The notes under the pieces are model-generated. The model searched no databases. It was not told the DNA's origin and saw only the letters and a program-made list of their open reading frames with translations. From NCBI GenBank assembly GCA_007378985.1, contig VMHB01000003.1:28283-92282 (forward strand): 64,000 bases of DNA, given 5' to 3'. Both the position numbers and the translations under genes were made by a program. This DNA comes from Parcubacteria group bacterium Greene0714_7. GTDB lineage: Bacteria; Patescibacteriota; Minisyncoccia; Phycocordibacterales; Phycocordibacteraceae. Positions 54,827-63,171 of this stretch are shown here, one piece after another (the first letter of the stretch is position 1; each line of letters opens with the position of its first letter).

Positions 54827-56419
54827 ATGTTCTGGCTTGATAGGGTATACGAACAACTAGAGGGTTCGCTCAAGGAAAAAATAGCGTCAGGCAACACGCT
54901 TACGGTTCGTGATGAAAAAACATCATCTGGTCGTGTGCATGTAGGCTCCATGCGCGCACTCGCACTTCACGCCGCACTTTCAGAACGACTTACAGAAGCG
55001 GGTGTTCCAAACATTTTTAAATACGAAATAAACGACTTCGACCCAATGGATGGTCTTCCTGTCTACTTGGACGCATCGGTGTACACCGAGCACATGGGAA
55101 AACCACTCTTGCATGTCCCATCTCCTGATCCGTCGGCAGAAAACTTTGCTGAATATTTTGCAAACGAATACAGAGAGGCTATTCATGATGCTGGTTTTAC
55201 TCCAGAGTTTTATCGCGCAAGTGAGTTGTATCTTTCAGGACGGATGAATGGAGTTATTCGTACCGCACTTGAGAAAGCACTACTCATTCGCCAAATCTAT
55301 AAAGAAATTTCAGGAGCAGAGCGCGCCGACACATGGCTTCCAATTTCAATCATTTGCGAGCAGTGCGGGAAAGTAGGTACAACGAAAGCAACTCTGTTTG
55401 ACGGAGAAAAAGTCACCTACGCCTGTTATCCCACTGCCGTGAAGTGGGCAGTTGGATGTGGGTACAAAGGAGAAGTGTCTCCGTTTGATGGCAAAGCAAA
55501 ATTGCCATGGAAGGTTGAATGGGCTGCAAAATGGAAAGTGATGGGCGTTGATGTTGAGGGTGGCGGTAAAGATCACTACTCTAAAGGGGGTGCGAGAGAT
55601 GTTGCGCGCCGTATTTCGGAGGAAGTGTTCGAATACCCTGAACCCTTCGGTGTATCAAATGAATTCTTTTTAGTGGGAGGCAAAAAAATGTCTTCCTCAA
55701 AAGGTGCAGGATCCTCGGCACGTGAGATTGTTGATCTTTTGCCTCCGCAAATATTTAGACTTGCACTTTTTGGCAAGGATATGAATCAGCAAATTAACTT
55801 TGATCCAGCTGGTGACACTATTCCAGTGTTATTTGATACCTATGACACTCTTGCGGAGAAGTACTGGTCAGGAATTGTTGATGATGATTCACGATTATTT
55901 GAATATATTCACTCGCCATCTGAGCGTGCGGTGCTCAAAAGTAGAAAGCGATTTCTCCCGAGATTCTCGCAAGTAGCATTCCTTGTGCAGATGCCACACC
56001 TTGATTTGGAGTCTGAAATGCTCCGCTTAAAGGGAGAAGCAATAACTCCACTCGATAGAGAAGAGCTAGAGCTTCGAGCTAAGTACGCCAAGATTTGGCT
56101 GGAGAAATCAGCCTCTGATGAATTTAAATTTTTGCTTTCAATAGATAGTGTTCCTGAATCTGCAAAGAATTTGTCTCTCGAGCAGAAGAGTACGCTAGTG
56201 GAATTGCTCACTTTCATAGAGAGTCATGAGAAGCTTGATGGTTTAGCACTCCACACAGAAATTCATGAGATACGAAAGCGACACGCCATAGAACCTAAAG
56301 CTTTCTTCGGGGCAATCTATCAAGCGTTCTTAGGGAAAGACCATGGCCCTAAAGTGGGGTGGTTCCTTAGTGTTTTGGATAGGGAATTCGTGATTTCCCG
56401 CCTCAAAGAGGTTTCTTGA
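54827..56419 (+). CDS. lysK: lysine--tRNA ligase, class I
   Basis: HIGH-like motif SGRVHVGSMR and the KMSSSKG (KMSKS) motif. Length and architecture fit class I LysRS. Confidence 0.75.
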   Translation: MFWLDRVYEQLEGSLKEKIASGNTLTVRDEKTSSGRVHVGSMRALALHAALSERLTEAGVPNIFKYEINDFDPMDGLPVYLDASVYTEHMGKPLLHVPSPDPSAENFAEYFANEYREAIHDAGFTPEFYRASELYLSGRMNGVIRTALEKALLIRQIYKEISGAERADTWLPISIICEQCGKVGTTKATLFDGEKVTYACYPTAVKWAVGCGYKGEVSPFDGKAKLPWKVEWAAKWKVMGVDVEGGGKDHYSKGGARDVARRISEEVFEYPEPFGVSNEFFLVGGKKMSSSKGAGSSAREIVDLLPPQIFRLALFGKDMNQQINFDPAGDTIPVLFDTYDTLAEKYWSGIVDDDSRLFEYIHSPSERAVLKSRKRFLPRFSQVAFLVQMPHLDLESEMLRLKGEAITPLDREELELRAKYAKIWLEKSASDEFKFLLSIDSVPESAKNLSLEQKSTLVELLTFIESHEKLDGLALHTEIHEIRKRHAIEPKAFFGAIYQAFLGKDHGPKVGWFLSVLDREFVISRLKEVS

Positions 56420-56467
56420 TATCGGCGGATAGTAGAATTACTATGTTTTTATTCAAATAAAAAAACT

Positions 56468-56626
56468 ATGGCGAGAATAGAAAGAGCAGAAAGAATACCT
56501 GAGCCGGATCATTCAGTTCCTGGACATTTCGTTGTTCCAAAGGGGGAAAGGGAGGATGTAGTACATCCGCTAAGAGTAGGAGATGTCATTCCGGGGCATG
56601 TAATCGTGAAGGATCCTGAAGTGTAG
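56468..56626 (+). CDS. small hypothetical ORF (52 aa)
   Basis: Intact ORF between lysK and a strong terminator. Below the ORF-track cutoff. Confidence 0.25.
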   Translation: MARIERAERIPEPDHSVPGHFVVPKGEREDVVHPLRVGDVIPGHVIVKDPEV

Positions 56627-56673
56627 GAGTACCAAGCAAACCTTAGTCCTCAAAATAGTTATTAAGAAAATCT

Positions 56674-56703
56674 AAAATCCCCACCAACGGTGGGGATTTT
56701 TTG
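56674..56703 (+). terminator. rho-independent terminator ATCCCCACC-aacg-GTGGGGAT with a T-run
   Basis: Perfect stem with a T6 run. Confidence 0.8.
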
Positions 56704-56748
56704 TTACCTGAAAGCTGGCACCTGGCACCTAAAACCTAGTTGTTCCAA

Positions 56749-56821
56749 GTGGGGATAAGTAAACATAAAGTGGGGCAGGGTGGCATATAATACGAAGTAA
56801 GTGGGACAAAGTGGCATATAA
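56749..56821 (+). promoter_or_regulatory. mraZ promoter region with MraZ-box direct repeats (GTGGG/GTGGC at 56749, 56770, 56780, 56801, 56811) and duplicated -10-like TATAAT/TATAAG elements
   Basis: GTGG[GC] repeats with spacings of 10 and 21 nt (about 10.5-bp phasing) immediately upstream of mraZ. The 30-nt unit AAGTGGG..GTGGCATATAA occurs twice in tandem. Confidence 0.6.
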
Positions 56822-56851
56822 GTTTTGAGCCACAAAATCCCCTTTATTTTC

Positions 56852-57286
56852 ATGCTCATTGGCGAATACCAGCACACGCTTGATCCAAAAAAACGCCTTT
56901 CACTTCCGGCTCGCTTTCGTAAAGAACTTGGTAAGACCGTTATCGTTACTCGAGGACTCGACCACTGTCTTTTTGTTTTCTCAGTAACATCATGGAAAAA
57001 ACTTGCAGAGAAGTTTAGTCAGCTTTCTATAGGCTCATCTGATACACGAGGTTTTAATCGCTTCGTGCTTGCAGGCGCAGTAGAAGCTGATGTTGATTCT
57101 GCAGGACGCATTCTTATTCCTGATTATCTGAAAGATTTTGCAACTCTTAAAACTGATGTCGTACTTGCCGGTGTGAATGACCGAATTGAAGTTTGGGATA
57201 AGAAACGCTGGGCATCCTACAAAGAGCAGATTGAGTCGCAGGGAGACGCGATGGCTGCGAAGCTCGGGGAGATTGGTGTCATATAA
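56852..57286 (+). CDS. mraZ: transcriptional regulator MraZ
   Basis: MLIGEYQHTLDPKKRLSLPARFR... with two DxxxR-containing halves. The ATG at 56852 is preferred over the TTG at 56825 used by the ORF track. Confidence 0.85.
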   Translation: MLIGEYQHTLDPKKRLSLPARFRKELGKTVIVTRGLDHCLFVFSVTSWKKLAEKFSQLSIGSSDTRGFNRFVLAGAVEADVDSAGRILIPDYLKDFATLKTDVVLAGVNDRIEVWDKKRWASYKEQIESQGDAMAAKLGEIGVI

Positions 57287-57331
57287 AAGCTTTCAGGTTA
57301 CAGCTTTCGGCTTCCAGCTTTAAGAAAAAAA

Positions 57332-58255
57332 ATGAAAAAAACAGATACAGCAATCAAAGAAATAAAACACGAAACGGTTCTTTTGGATGAAACCGTTGAT
57401 GGATTGCTATTGAAGGCAGGAGCGACTGCGATAGATGCAACGGTAGGAACGGGAGGACACTCTGAAAAGATTTCAAAGATATTGGGTAAGAAGGGAACAC
57501 TGCTCGTTCTTGATCTTGATGAAAACTCTTTAACTCGCTCCCGTGAGCGTCTCTCCGATGCACCAGGGAAAGTTATGTATGTACAAGGAAATTTTCGTAA
57601 CATCAAATCTCTCGCAGAGAGTGCTGGTATTACTAACCCTGCAGGGATTGTATTTGATTTAGGGTGGCATTCAGAACAACTTGATGCTGGTCGAGGGCTT
57701 TCATTTAAAAGTGATGAACCACTCTTGATGACACTCGGCTCTGGTGACGAGCATCTCTATACCGCAAAGGACATCATTAAAGATTGGGATGAAGAAGAGA
57801 TTGCACGAATCATCAAAGAATACGGAGAAGAGAAATTTTCAGGACGCATTGCTCGCGTCATTGTTGAAGAAAGAAGAAAGCAGAGTATTGATACTGCAAA
57901 ACAGCTCGCAGACATAATTTCTTCGGCTGTCCCTAGTTTTTACAGAAATGGGAAGATTCATCCCGCAACAAGAACATTCCAAGCACTTCGTATCGCAGTG
58001 AATGATGAACTTGGCGCTCTTACAGAAGCACTCAAAGAAGCGCTCGATCTTTTGGCTCCTAATGGAAGACTTGCGGTCATTTCATTTCATAGCCTTGAAG
58101 ACAGAATTGTGAAGCACGCATTTCGACAAGCCGAAGATGCTGATATTGGTGTCCGAATTACCAAAAAACCCATTGTGCCGAGTGAGGCGGAGAGGAAAAA
58201 GAATCCTCGCGCCAGAAGTGCCAAGCTTAGAATTTTTGAAAAAAACAAAAAATAA
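57332..58255 (+). CDS. rsmH: 16S rRNA (cytosine1402-N4)-methyltransferase
   Basis: DATVGTGGHS and FDLGWHSEQLD motifs. Confidence 0.9.
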   Translation: MKKTDTAIKEIKHETVLLDETVDGLLLKAGATAIDATVGTGGHSEKISKILGKKGTLLVLDLDENSLTRSRERLSDAPGKVMYVQGNFRNIKSLAESAGITNPAGIVFDLGWHSEQLDAGRGLSFKSDEPLLMTLGSGDEHLYTAKDIIKDWDEEEIARIIKEYGEEKFSGRIARVIVEERRKQSIDTAKQLADIISSAVPSFYRNGKIHPATRTFQALRIAVNDELGALTEALKEALDLLAPNGRLAVISFHSLEDRIVKHAFRQAEDADIGVRITKKPIVPSEAERKKNPRARSAKLRIFEKNKK

Positions 58256-58259
58256 AACC

Positions 58260-58637
58260 ATGAACAAAAACCGAAACACCAAAAAAGTATCAGAACATCA
58301 AGGTTCACTGCCATTTTCTAGAAACACCCACTCGGGAATATTGGCGTATGCAAATGTATTTGAACGTCGCACAGTAGTAGTGTTTGGTGTCGCATTCCTT
58401 CTTTTGTCGGTCCTCTACATTTATTTCATGATTTCATCAGTAGTGCATGTCGCTGCCCGCCAAGAGCTTGTTCGGTCTGCTTCGCGCGCATCTGCAGAAG
58501 TTGCGACTCTTGAGACTGCGTATCTATCAAAAACACAAACCATTACTGAGCCGTACGCTCGCTCACTTGGCTTTGTATCTGTGCGTGATCGCTCTTTTGT
58601 GAGCAAGGCAAGTGTGGCGTTTAAAGATGCAAGATAA
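58260..58637 (+). CDS. ftsL: cell division protein FtsL-like (single TM plus coiled coil)
   Basis: Position between rsmH and ftsI. The TM segment is VVVFGVAFLLLSVLYIYFMI. Confidence 0.6.
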   Translation: MNKNRNTKKVSEHQGSLPFSRNTHSGILAYANVFERRTVVVFGVAFLLLSVLYIYFMISSVVHVAARQELVRSASRASAEVATLETAYLSKTQTITEPYARSLGFVSVRDRSFVSKASVAFKDAR

Positions 58638-58755
58638 TGTAGTAGCTTCCAGCTTCCAGCTTCCAGCTTCCAGGTGCCAGCTTTTGCATTCAAAGCTGAA
58701 AGCTGACAGCTGAAACCTGACAGCTAATAGTTGCTTCATACGCTAGAATACAAAG

Positions 58756-60495
58756 ATGTCCGCTAAGTCCAACTTCGCTTTTCGTATACGCATTATCGCT
58801 GGTTTTATTCTATTGATTGCGTTAGTGCTTTTGGTACGCTTGTATTTTTTACAAGTGGTTCACGGCAAAGAGTATCGCCTAAAGGCAGAAAGTCAGTATG
58901 TGCAACAAAGCACTAACCAAATTGACCGAGGTACTATCTTTTTCACTTCTCGTGATGGTTCGCTTATTTCGGCGGCAACCATCGCAGCGGGGAACACTAT
59001 TGTTATTAATCCCTCACGGCTTGGAGATCCAGAAAGTGTCTACCCTGCTTTAAAAAAATTATTGCCCGACCTTGATGAATCAGTATTTCTTGAAAAAGCT
59101 CGAAAGAAAGACAGTGTGTATGCTGAAATAGCCAAGCAGGTAACACCAGAGGTTGGGGTTGCTATCTCTGCGTTAAAAATAACGGGAGTGCAGGTACTTG
59201 CTTCACACTGGCGTTTTTACCCTGGGCGTGTTCTTGCCGCGCAATCTATTGGCTTTTTGGGTTTTGGTGCTGATGGTAAAAGTGTTGCGGGGCAATACGG
59301 TTTGGAACGCTATTACAATGGCGCACTGTCCCGCTCAGACGGAGGACTGTATGTAAACTTTTTTGCGGATCTCTTTACAAACATTCGTGCAAAATTTTCT
59401 CCTGACACAGTAGAGCCGGGTGCTGATTTAGTCACCTCAATTGAACCATCAGTACAGCAATTTCTTGAAGATGCTTTGAAAAAATATGATGAGGCGTGGA
59501 ACTCTGACACGGTTGGCGGAATTATTATGGATCCAAAAACTGGTGCCATTATTGCAATGGCATCACGCCCAGGGTTTGATTTGAATGATTTTAAAAATGC
59601 AGACCCAAATGCATTCGCGAACCCCTTGGTTGAGCGTGTGTATGAATTTGGCTCCACTATGAAGCCTATAACCATGGCTGCAGGAATTGATTCAGGTGCG
59701 GTTACTCCTACTACCACTTACAACGACAAGGGGTTCCTCGTCTTGGATGGACTGCGCATTAATAACTACGACCATAAAGCACGTGGAGTAGTGTCTATGC
59801 AGGAGGTGTTGAATCAGTCGCTCAATACTGGTGTTTCATTTGTGGTTGCTAGAATGGGCACTGCAAAATTTGCCGGTTATTTAGAAAAATTTGGCATTGC
59901 GAGCGAAACAGGGATTGACCTTCCTAATGAAGCCTCGCCACTTGTGAGCAACCTTAAAAGTCCTCGTGCCGTTGAATATGCAACTGCCTCGTTCGGGCAG
60001 GGTATTGCAATTTCTCCCATCGCTATGACTCGAGCACTCGCTACGCTTGCAAATGGTGGGGTAGTGCCTGCACCGCATGTTGGTGTTGAGCTTCGCTATG
60101 GTGGAGGTATAACTAAAAAACTCGGATGGAGTCCCCCTATGCAAGCAATAAGTAAAGAGAGTGATGAAGCCATTACACGAATGTTGGTAACGGTAGTAGA
60201 TGACGCTCTTCAGGGTGGAAAAATAAAAATGGCCGACTACAGCATTGCCGCAAAAACGGGAACGGCGCAGGTTGCCCGTCCTGACGCCCGCGGGTACTAC
60301 GCCGACCGCTACCTCCACTCATTTTTTGGCTACTTCCCAGCCTACAATCCAAAGTTTCTCGTCTTCTTTTTTGCGGTGTATCCTAAGGGAGCACAGTACG
60401 CTTCAGAGACGTGGACATTGCCCTTTATGAATACTGTGCATTTTCTTATAAACTATTACGAGATCCCTCCTGACCGTGCACAAACTGGAGGATGA
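58756..60495 (+). CDS. ftsI: peptidoglycan D,D-transpeptidase FtsI (PBP3-type)
   Basis: STMKP (SxxK), SLN(T) and KTGTA motifs, with an N-terminal TM. Confidence 0.85.
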   Translation: MSAKSNFAFRIRIIAGFILLIALVLLVRLYFLQVVHGKEYRLKAESQYVQQSTNQIDRGTIFFTSRDGSLISAATIAAGNTIVINPSRLGDPESVYPALKKLLPDLDESVFLEKARKKDSVYAEIAKQVTPEVGVAISALKITGVQVLASHWRFYPGRVLAAQSIGFLGFGADGKSVAGQYGLERYYNGALSRSDGGLYVNFFADLFTNIRAKFSPDTVEPGADLVTSIEPSVQQFLEDALKKYDEAWNSDTVGGIIMDPKTGAIIAMASRPGFDLNDFKNADPNAFANPLVERVYEFGSTMKPITMAAGIDSGAVTPTTTYNDKGFLVLDGLRINNYDHKARGVVSMQEVLNQSLNTGVSFVVARMGTAKFAGYLEKFGIASETGIDLPNEASPLVSNLKSPRAVEYATASFGQGIAISPIAMTRALATLANGGVVPAPHVGVELRYGGGITKKLGWSPPMQAISKESDEAITRMLVTVVDDALQGGKIKMADYSIAAKTGTAQVARPDARGYYADRYLHSFFGYFPAYNPKFLVFFFAVYPKGAQYASETWTLPFMNTVHFLINYYEIPPDRAQTGG

Positions 60496-60506
60496 CTTAG
60501 GTCTAA

Positions 60507-61811
60507 TTGACTATGGGAAATCTAAAAGAACTTTTTCGCCAAGTAATAGTATTCCTGCTCACGCTTGAGGCAAAACTTGTACTTCGGAAGCATCGTCCAA
60601 AAATAATTGCCGTAACAGGGAGTGTGGGTAAAACCTCTGCAAAAGATGCCATTTATACAGCGCTCTCTAAATCATTTTTTGTACGAAGGAGTGAAAAGAG
60701 TTTTAATGGCGACATCGGTGTTCCTCTAACGGTGCTTGGTGTTCGGAATGGTTGGTCTAATGTATTCCAGTGGATAAGAAACCTCATAGACGGTATTTCG
60801 CTTCTTATCCTCACCACTCCGTATCCAAAGTGGTTAATAGTTGAGGTGGGGGCAGACAGGCCAGGCGACATAACCAAGTCTCTTTCATGGTTAAAGCCTG
60901 ACGTTGTGGTTGCAACGAGATTTCCTGAGATTTCTGTACATGTTGAATTTTACGCTTCTCCAGAAGATGTAATTAAAGAAGAACTCGCTCCTGTGGGATG
61001 GCTCCAATCTGGTGGAATCTTTGTTTTCAATGAAGACGATGAGCGGGCTGAGGGTGCGCCTACGGCGTCAGGAGTTACTCGTCTTTCTTTCGGTTTTGGA
61101 GAGGGTGCAAATTTGAAAGCGGAAAATCTTCGCGCAACAAGCGAGGATAGCATGCCAAGCGGAATTTCTTTTGATATCACCTATGGTGATGAGAAGGTAA
61201 CGGTATCCATTCCAAATGTTGCTGGTCGCTCTCATGTGTACTCAGTACTCGCAGGTATTGCCGTTGCGCTTAGTGTTGGAGTTTCACTTGAAGAAGCAAC
61301 AGGGGCGTTTCAAAAACATGAAACCCCTTCGGGCAGAATGCGTTTAATAAAAGGCATGCGGGATTCGGTGATTATTGATGACACCTATAATGCTTCTCCC
61401 GCAGCGATGGAGGAAGCACTCATAGCTCTTGGTGATATTCCACGGACAGGTCGTCGTATTGCAGTCCTCGCAGATATGCTTGAGCTTGGAGGTTTTTCAG
61501 TCATTGAACATAATCGCATTGGTGCGCTTGTTGCAGAGTCAGCAGACATACTGGTAACGGTAGGTGTGCGTACAAAAGGCATTGCAGAAGGTGCTCGTTC
61601 CTCAGGTATGGCTGAAAACATGATTATTGAATGCGAGAGAGGGTCTGATGCCTCAACCGAACTTCTATCTCTTATTCAATCAGGCGATGTAATCCTCGTT
61701 AAAGGCTCGCAATCGATGCGCATGGAGAGGGTAGTGAAGTCCTTGATGACTGAACCCGAAAAAGCAAAAGATCTATTAGTACGTCAAGACGCTGAGTGGA
61801 GCATTCGATAA
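60507..61811 (+). CDS. murF: UDP-N-acetylmuramoyl-tripeptide--D-alanyl-D-alanine ligase (Mur ligase family)
   Basis: The ATP-binding motif IAVTGSVGKTS and a Mur ligase C-domain. Confidence 0.75.
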   Translation: MTMGNLKELFRQVIVFLLTLEAKLVLRKHRPKIIAVTGSVGKTSAKDAIYTALSKSFFVRRSEKSFNGDIGVPLTVLGVRNGWSNVFQWIRNLIDGISLLILTTPYPKWLIVEVGADRPGDITKSLSWLKPDVVVATRFPEISVHVEFYASPEDVIKEELAPVGWLQSGGIFVFNEDDERAEGAPTASGVTRLSFGFGEGANLKAENLRATSEDSMPSGISFDITYGDEKVTVSIPNVAGRSHVYSVLAGIAVALSVGVSLEEATGAFQKHETPSGRMRLIKGMRDSVIIDDTYNASPAAMEEALIALGDIPRTGRRIAVLADMLELGGFSVIEHNRIGALVAESADILVTVGVRTKGIAEGARSSGMAENMIIECERGSDASTELLSLIQSGDVILVKGSQSMRMERVVKSLMTEPEKAKDLLVRQDAEWSIR

Positions 61812-61821
61812 TTATTTAAGT

Positions 61822-62622
61822 ATGTCTGATATTTCTTTAGAAAAATTAGAAGTAATCGTTCGTGGCGCTGGCGATATTGCGCTCCAATATTTTGGAAAAA
61901 TAACAGATGCAGACAGAAGCATTAAAGATGACGGCTCGCTTCTTACGGTTGCTGATCTTGCCGTGAACACCTACATTCTCGACGCTCTCCGAAAAGAGTT
62001 TCCCGAGTATCCAATTTTGAGCGAAGAGGTGAAAGGTATGCCAGAGGGGAATTCAATGTGGATTGTTGACCCTATTGATGGCACTAAAAACTTTTCGAGC
62101 GGTAACCCCTACTTCGCTATTTCAATCGGGCTTATTGTAGACGGAGTGCCTGAGGTTGGCGTGGTGTACTCTCCCGCTGAAAATAAACTCTATAGTGGTA
62201 AGCGAGGAGGCGGTGCATTTTTAAACGGTAAACAAATATCAGTTTCCTCATGTGAGTCTATGCAGTGCGCACACATTCTTTTGGATACAGGAGCAAGTGA
62301 ACAAACGCTTCGCATGCATGGTGCGATTAGAGAAGGATGTACTGAAACTGGGGCTGTTGTTGAATCAAAAATGGCAGCAAGCTTGGAAATCTGCGCTGTA
62401 GCATCAGGAGAGAGTGATGCAATGGCACATCGTGGACTCAAGGCGTGGGATATCGCAGGAGGAATGGTAATTGCACTAGAAGCCAGTGCACGGATTACCG
62501 ATCTCGTTGGTGCAGAAAAAGATATGTTTAAAGGTGGCATTGTTGTTTCAACACCACACATACACGAACCCATTGTAGAAATCACAGGAAAAGTTTTTGC
62601 AACCGAGCTCGCAAGAGGTTGA
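61822..62622 (+). CDS. inositol monophosphatase family protein
   Basis: WIVDPIDGTKNF motif. Confidence 0.8.
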   Translation: MSDISLEKLEVIVRGAGDIALQYFGKITDADRSIKDDGSLLTVADLAVNTYILDALRKEFPEYPILSEEVKGMPEGNSMWIVDPIDGTKNFSSGNPYFAISIGLIVDGVPEVGVVYSPAENKLYSGKRGGGAFLNGKQISVSSCESMQCAHILLDTGASEQTLRMHGAIREGCTETGAVVESKMAASLEICAVASGESDAMAHRGLKAWDIAGGMVIALEASARITDLVGAEKDMFKGGIVVSTPHIHEPIVEITGKVFATELARG

Positions 62623-62687
62623 GAAAAGCTCTTGGATGCTGTATTTTAAGCTGAAAGCTGGCACCTGAAAGCTGTAAGCTAATAAAA

Positions 62688-62759
62688 GGCCCTATCGTCT
62701 AACGGTTAGGACACATCCTTCTCAAGGATGGAATCGGGGTTCGATTCCCCGTGGGGTCA
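62688..62759 (+). tRNA. tRNA-Glu(CUC)
   Basis: Cloverleaf: acceptor GGCCCTA/TGGGGTC, D-arm GTCT-AACGGTTA-GGAC, anticodon stem CATCC/GGATG with loop TTCTCAA, T-arm CGGGG-TTCGATT-CCCCG, discriminator A. CCA is not encoded. Confidence 0.8.
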
Positions 62760-62800
62760 CAAACTAGAAAACAAGCCCTTAGTCAGGCTTTTTTCAGTTT

Positions 62801-62846
62801 GTGACCCCAAGCACGAGAATGGTTTCTCGTGCGACGGGGAATCGAA
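62801..62846 (-). repeat. inverted partial copy of the tRNA-Glu 3' end (TTCGATTCCCCGT...GGGGTCAC), interrupted by a 25-nt perfect hairpin (GCACGAGAA..TTCTCGTGC)
   Basis: It is the reverse complement of tRNA-Glu positions ~54-73 plus the downstream ACAAACT, forming a large palindrome around the tRNA terminator. Confidence 0.6.
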
Positions 62847-63025
62847 GCGCGGAACGATGTTTTTCGTTGCGAAAAACCGTGAGCGGGGCCTGCGACCGAG
62901 CCGAACATGGGTGAGGTGAGAGTTGTAGGCAATTCCCGTGGGGACTGGGAATCGAACTGCGGGCTCCCGATTTCTTAGGTTGTAATCAACCTCTAGAAAT
63001 CGCAGTGCACTAAATTTATTGTTGC

Positions 63026-63081
63026 CCGCAGGGAGCGAAGAGCGACCGTAGGTTTCGAGTCGTAGCAACGACGAGAGGCGA
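63026..63081 (+). repeat. conserved element X copy B
   Basis: CCGCAGGGAGCGAAGAGCGACCGTAGGTTTCGAG is identical to 12324-12357. The tail TCGTAGCAACGACGAGAGGCGA resembles CATAGCAATGCGAGAGGCGA. It is followed by a tRNA-Glu-like fragment, ATTCCCCGTTGTGC. Confidence 0.5.
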
Positions 63082-63171
63082 TTCCCCGTTGTGCTTAAGA
63101 AATGGTGGCTGACCCCCCCATTTCAGCATTTCCCATTGACTCAAACCTATTTCTATTGGATTCTGTAAGTA

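Noticed and set aside
63030-63100. A tmRNA or SRP RNA gene in the X element / tRNA-like debris
   Set aside because: There is no tRNA-Ala-like acceptor/T-arm pairing. No resume codon with an ANDENYALAA-type tag reading frame is present. No SRP domain IV motif is present.
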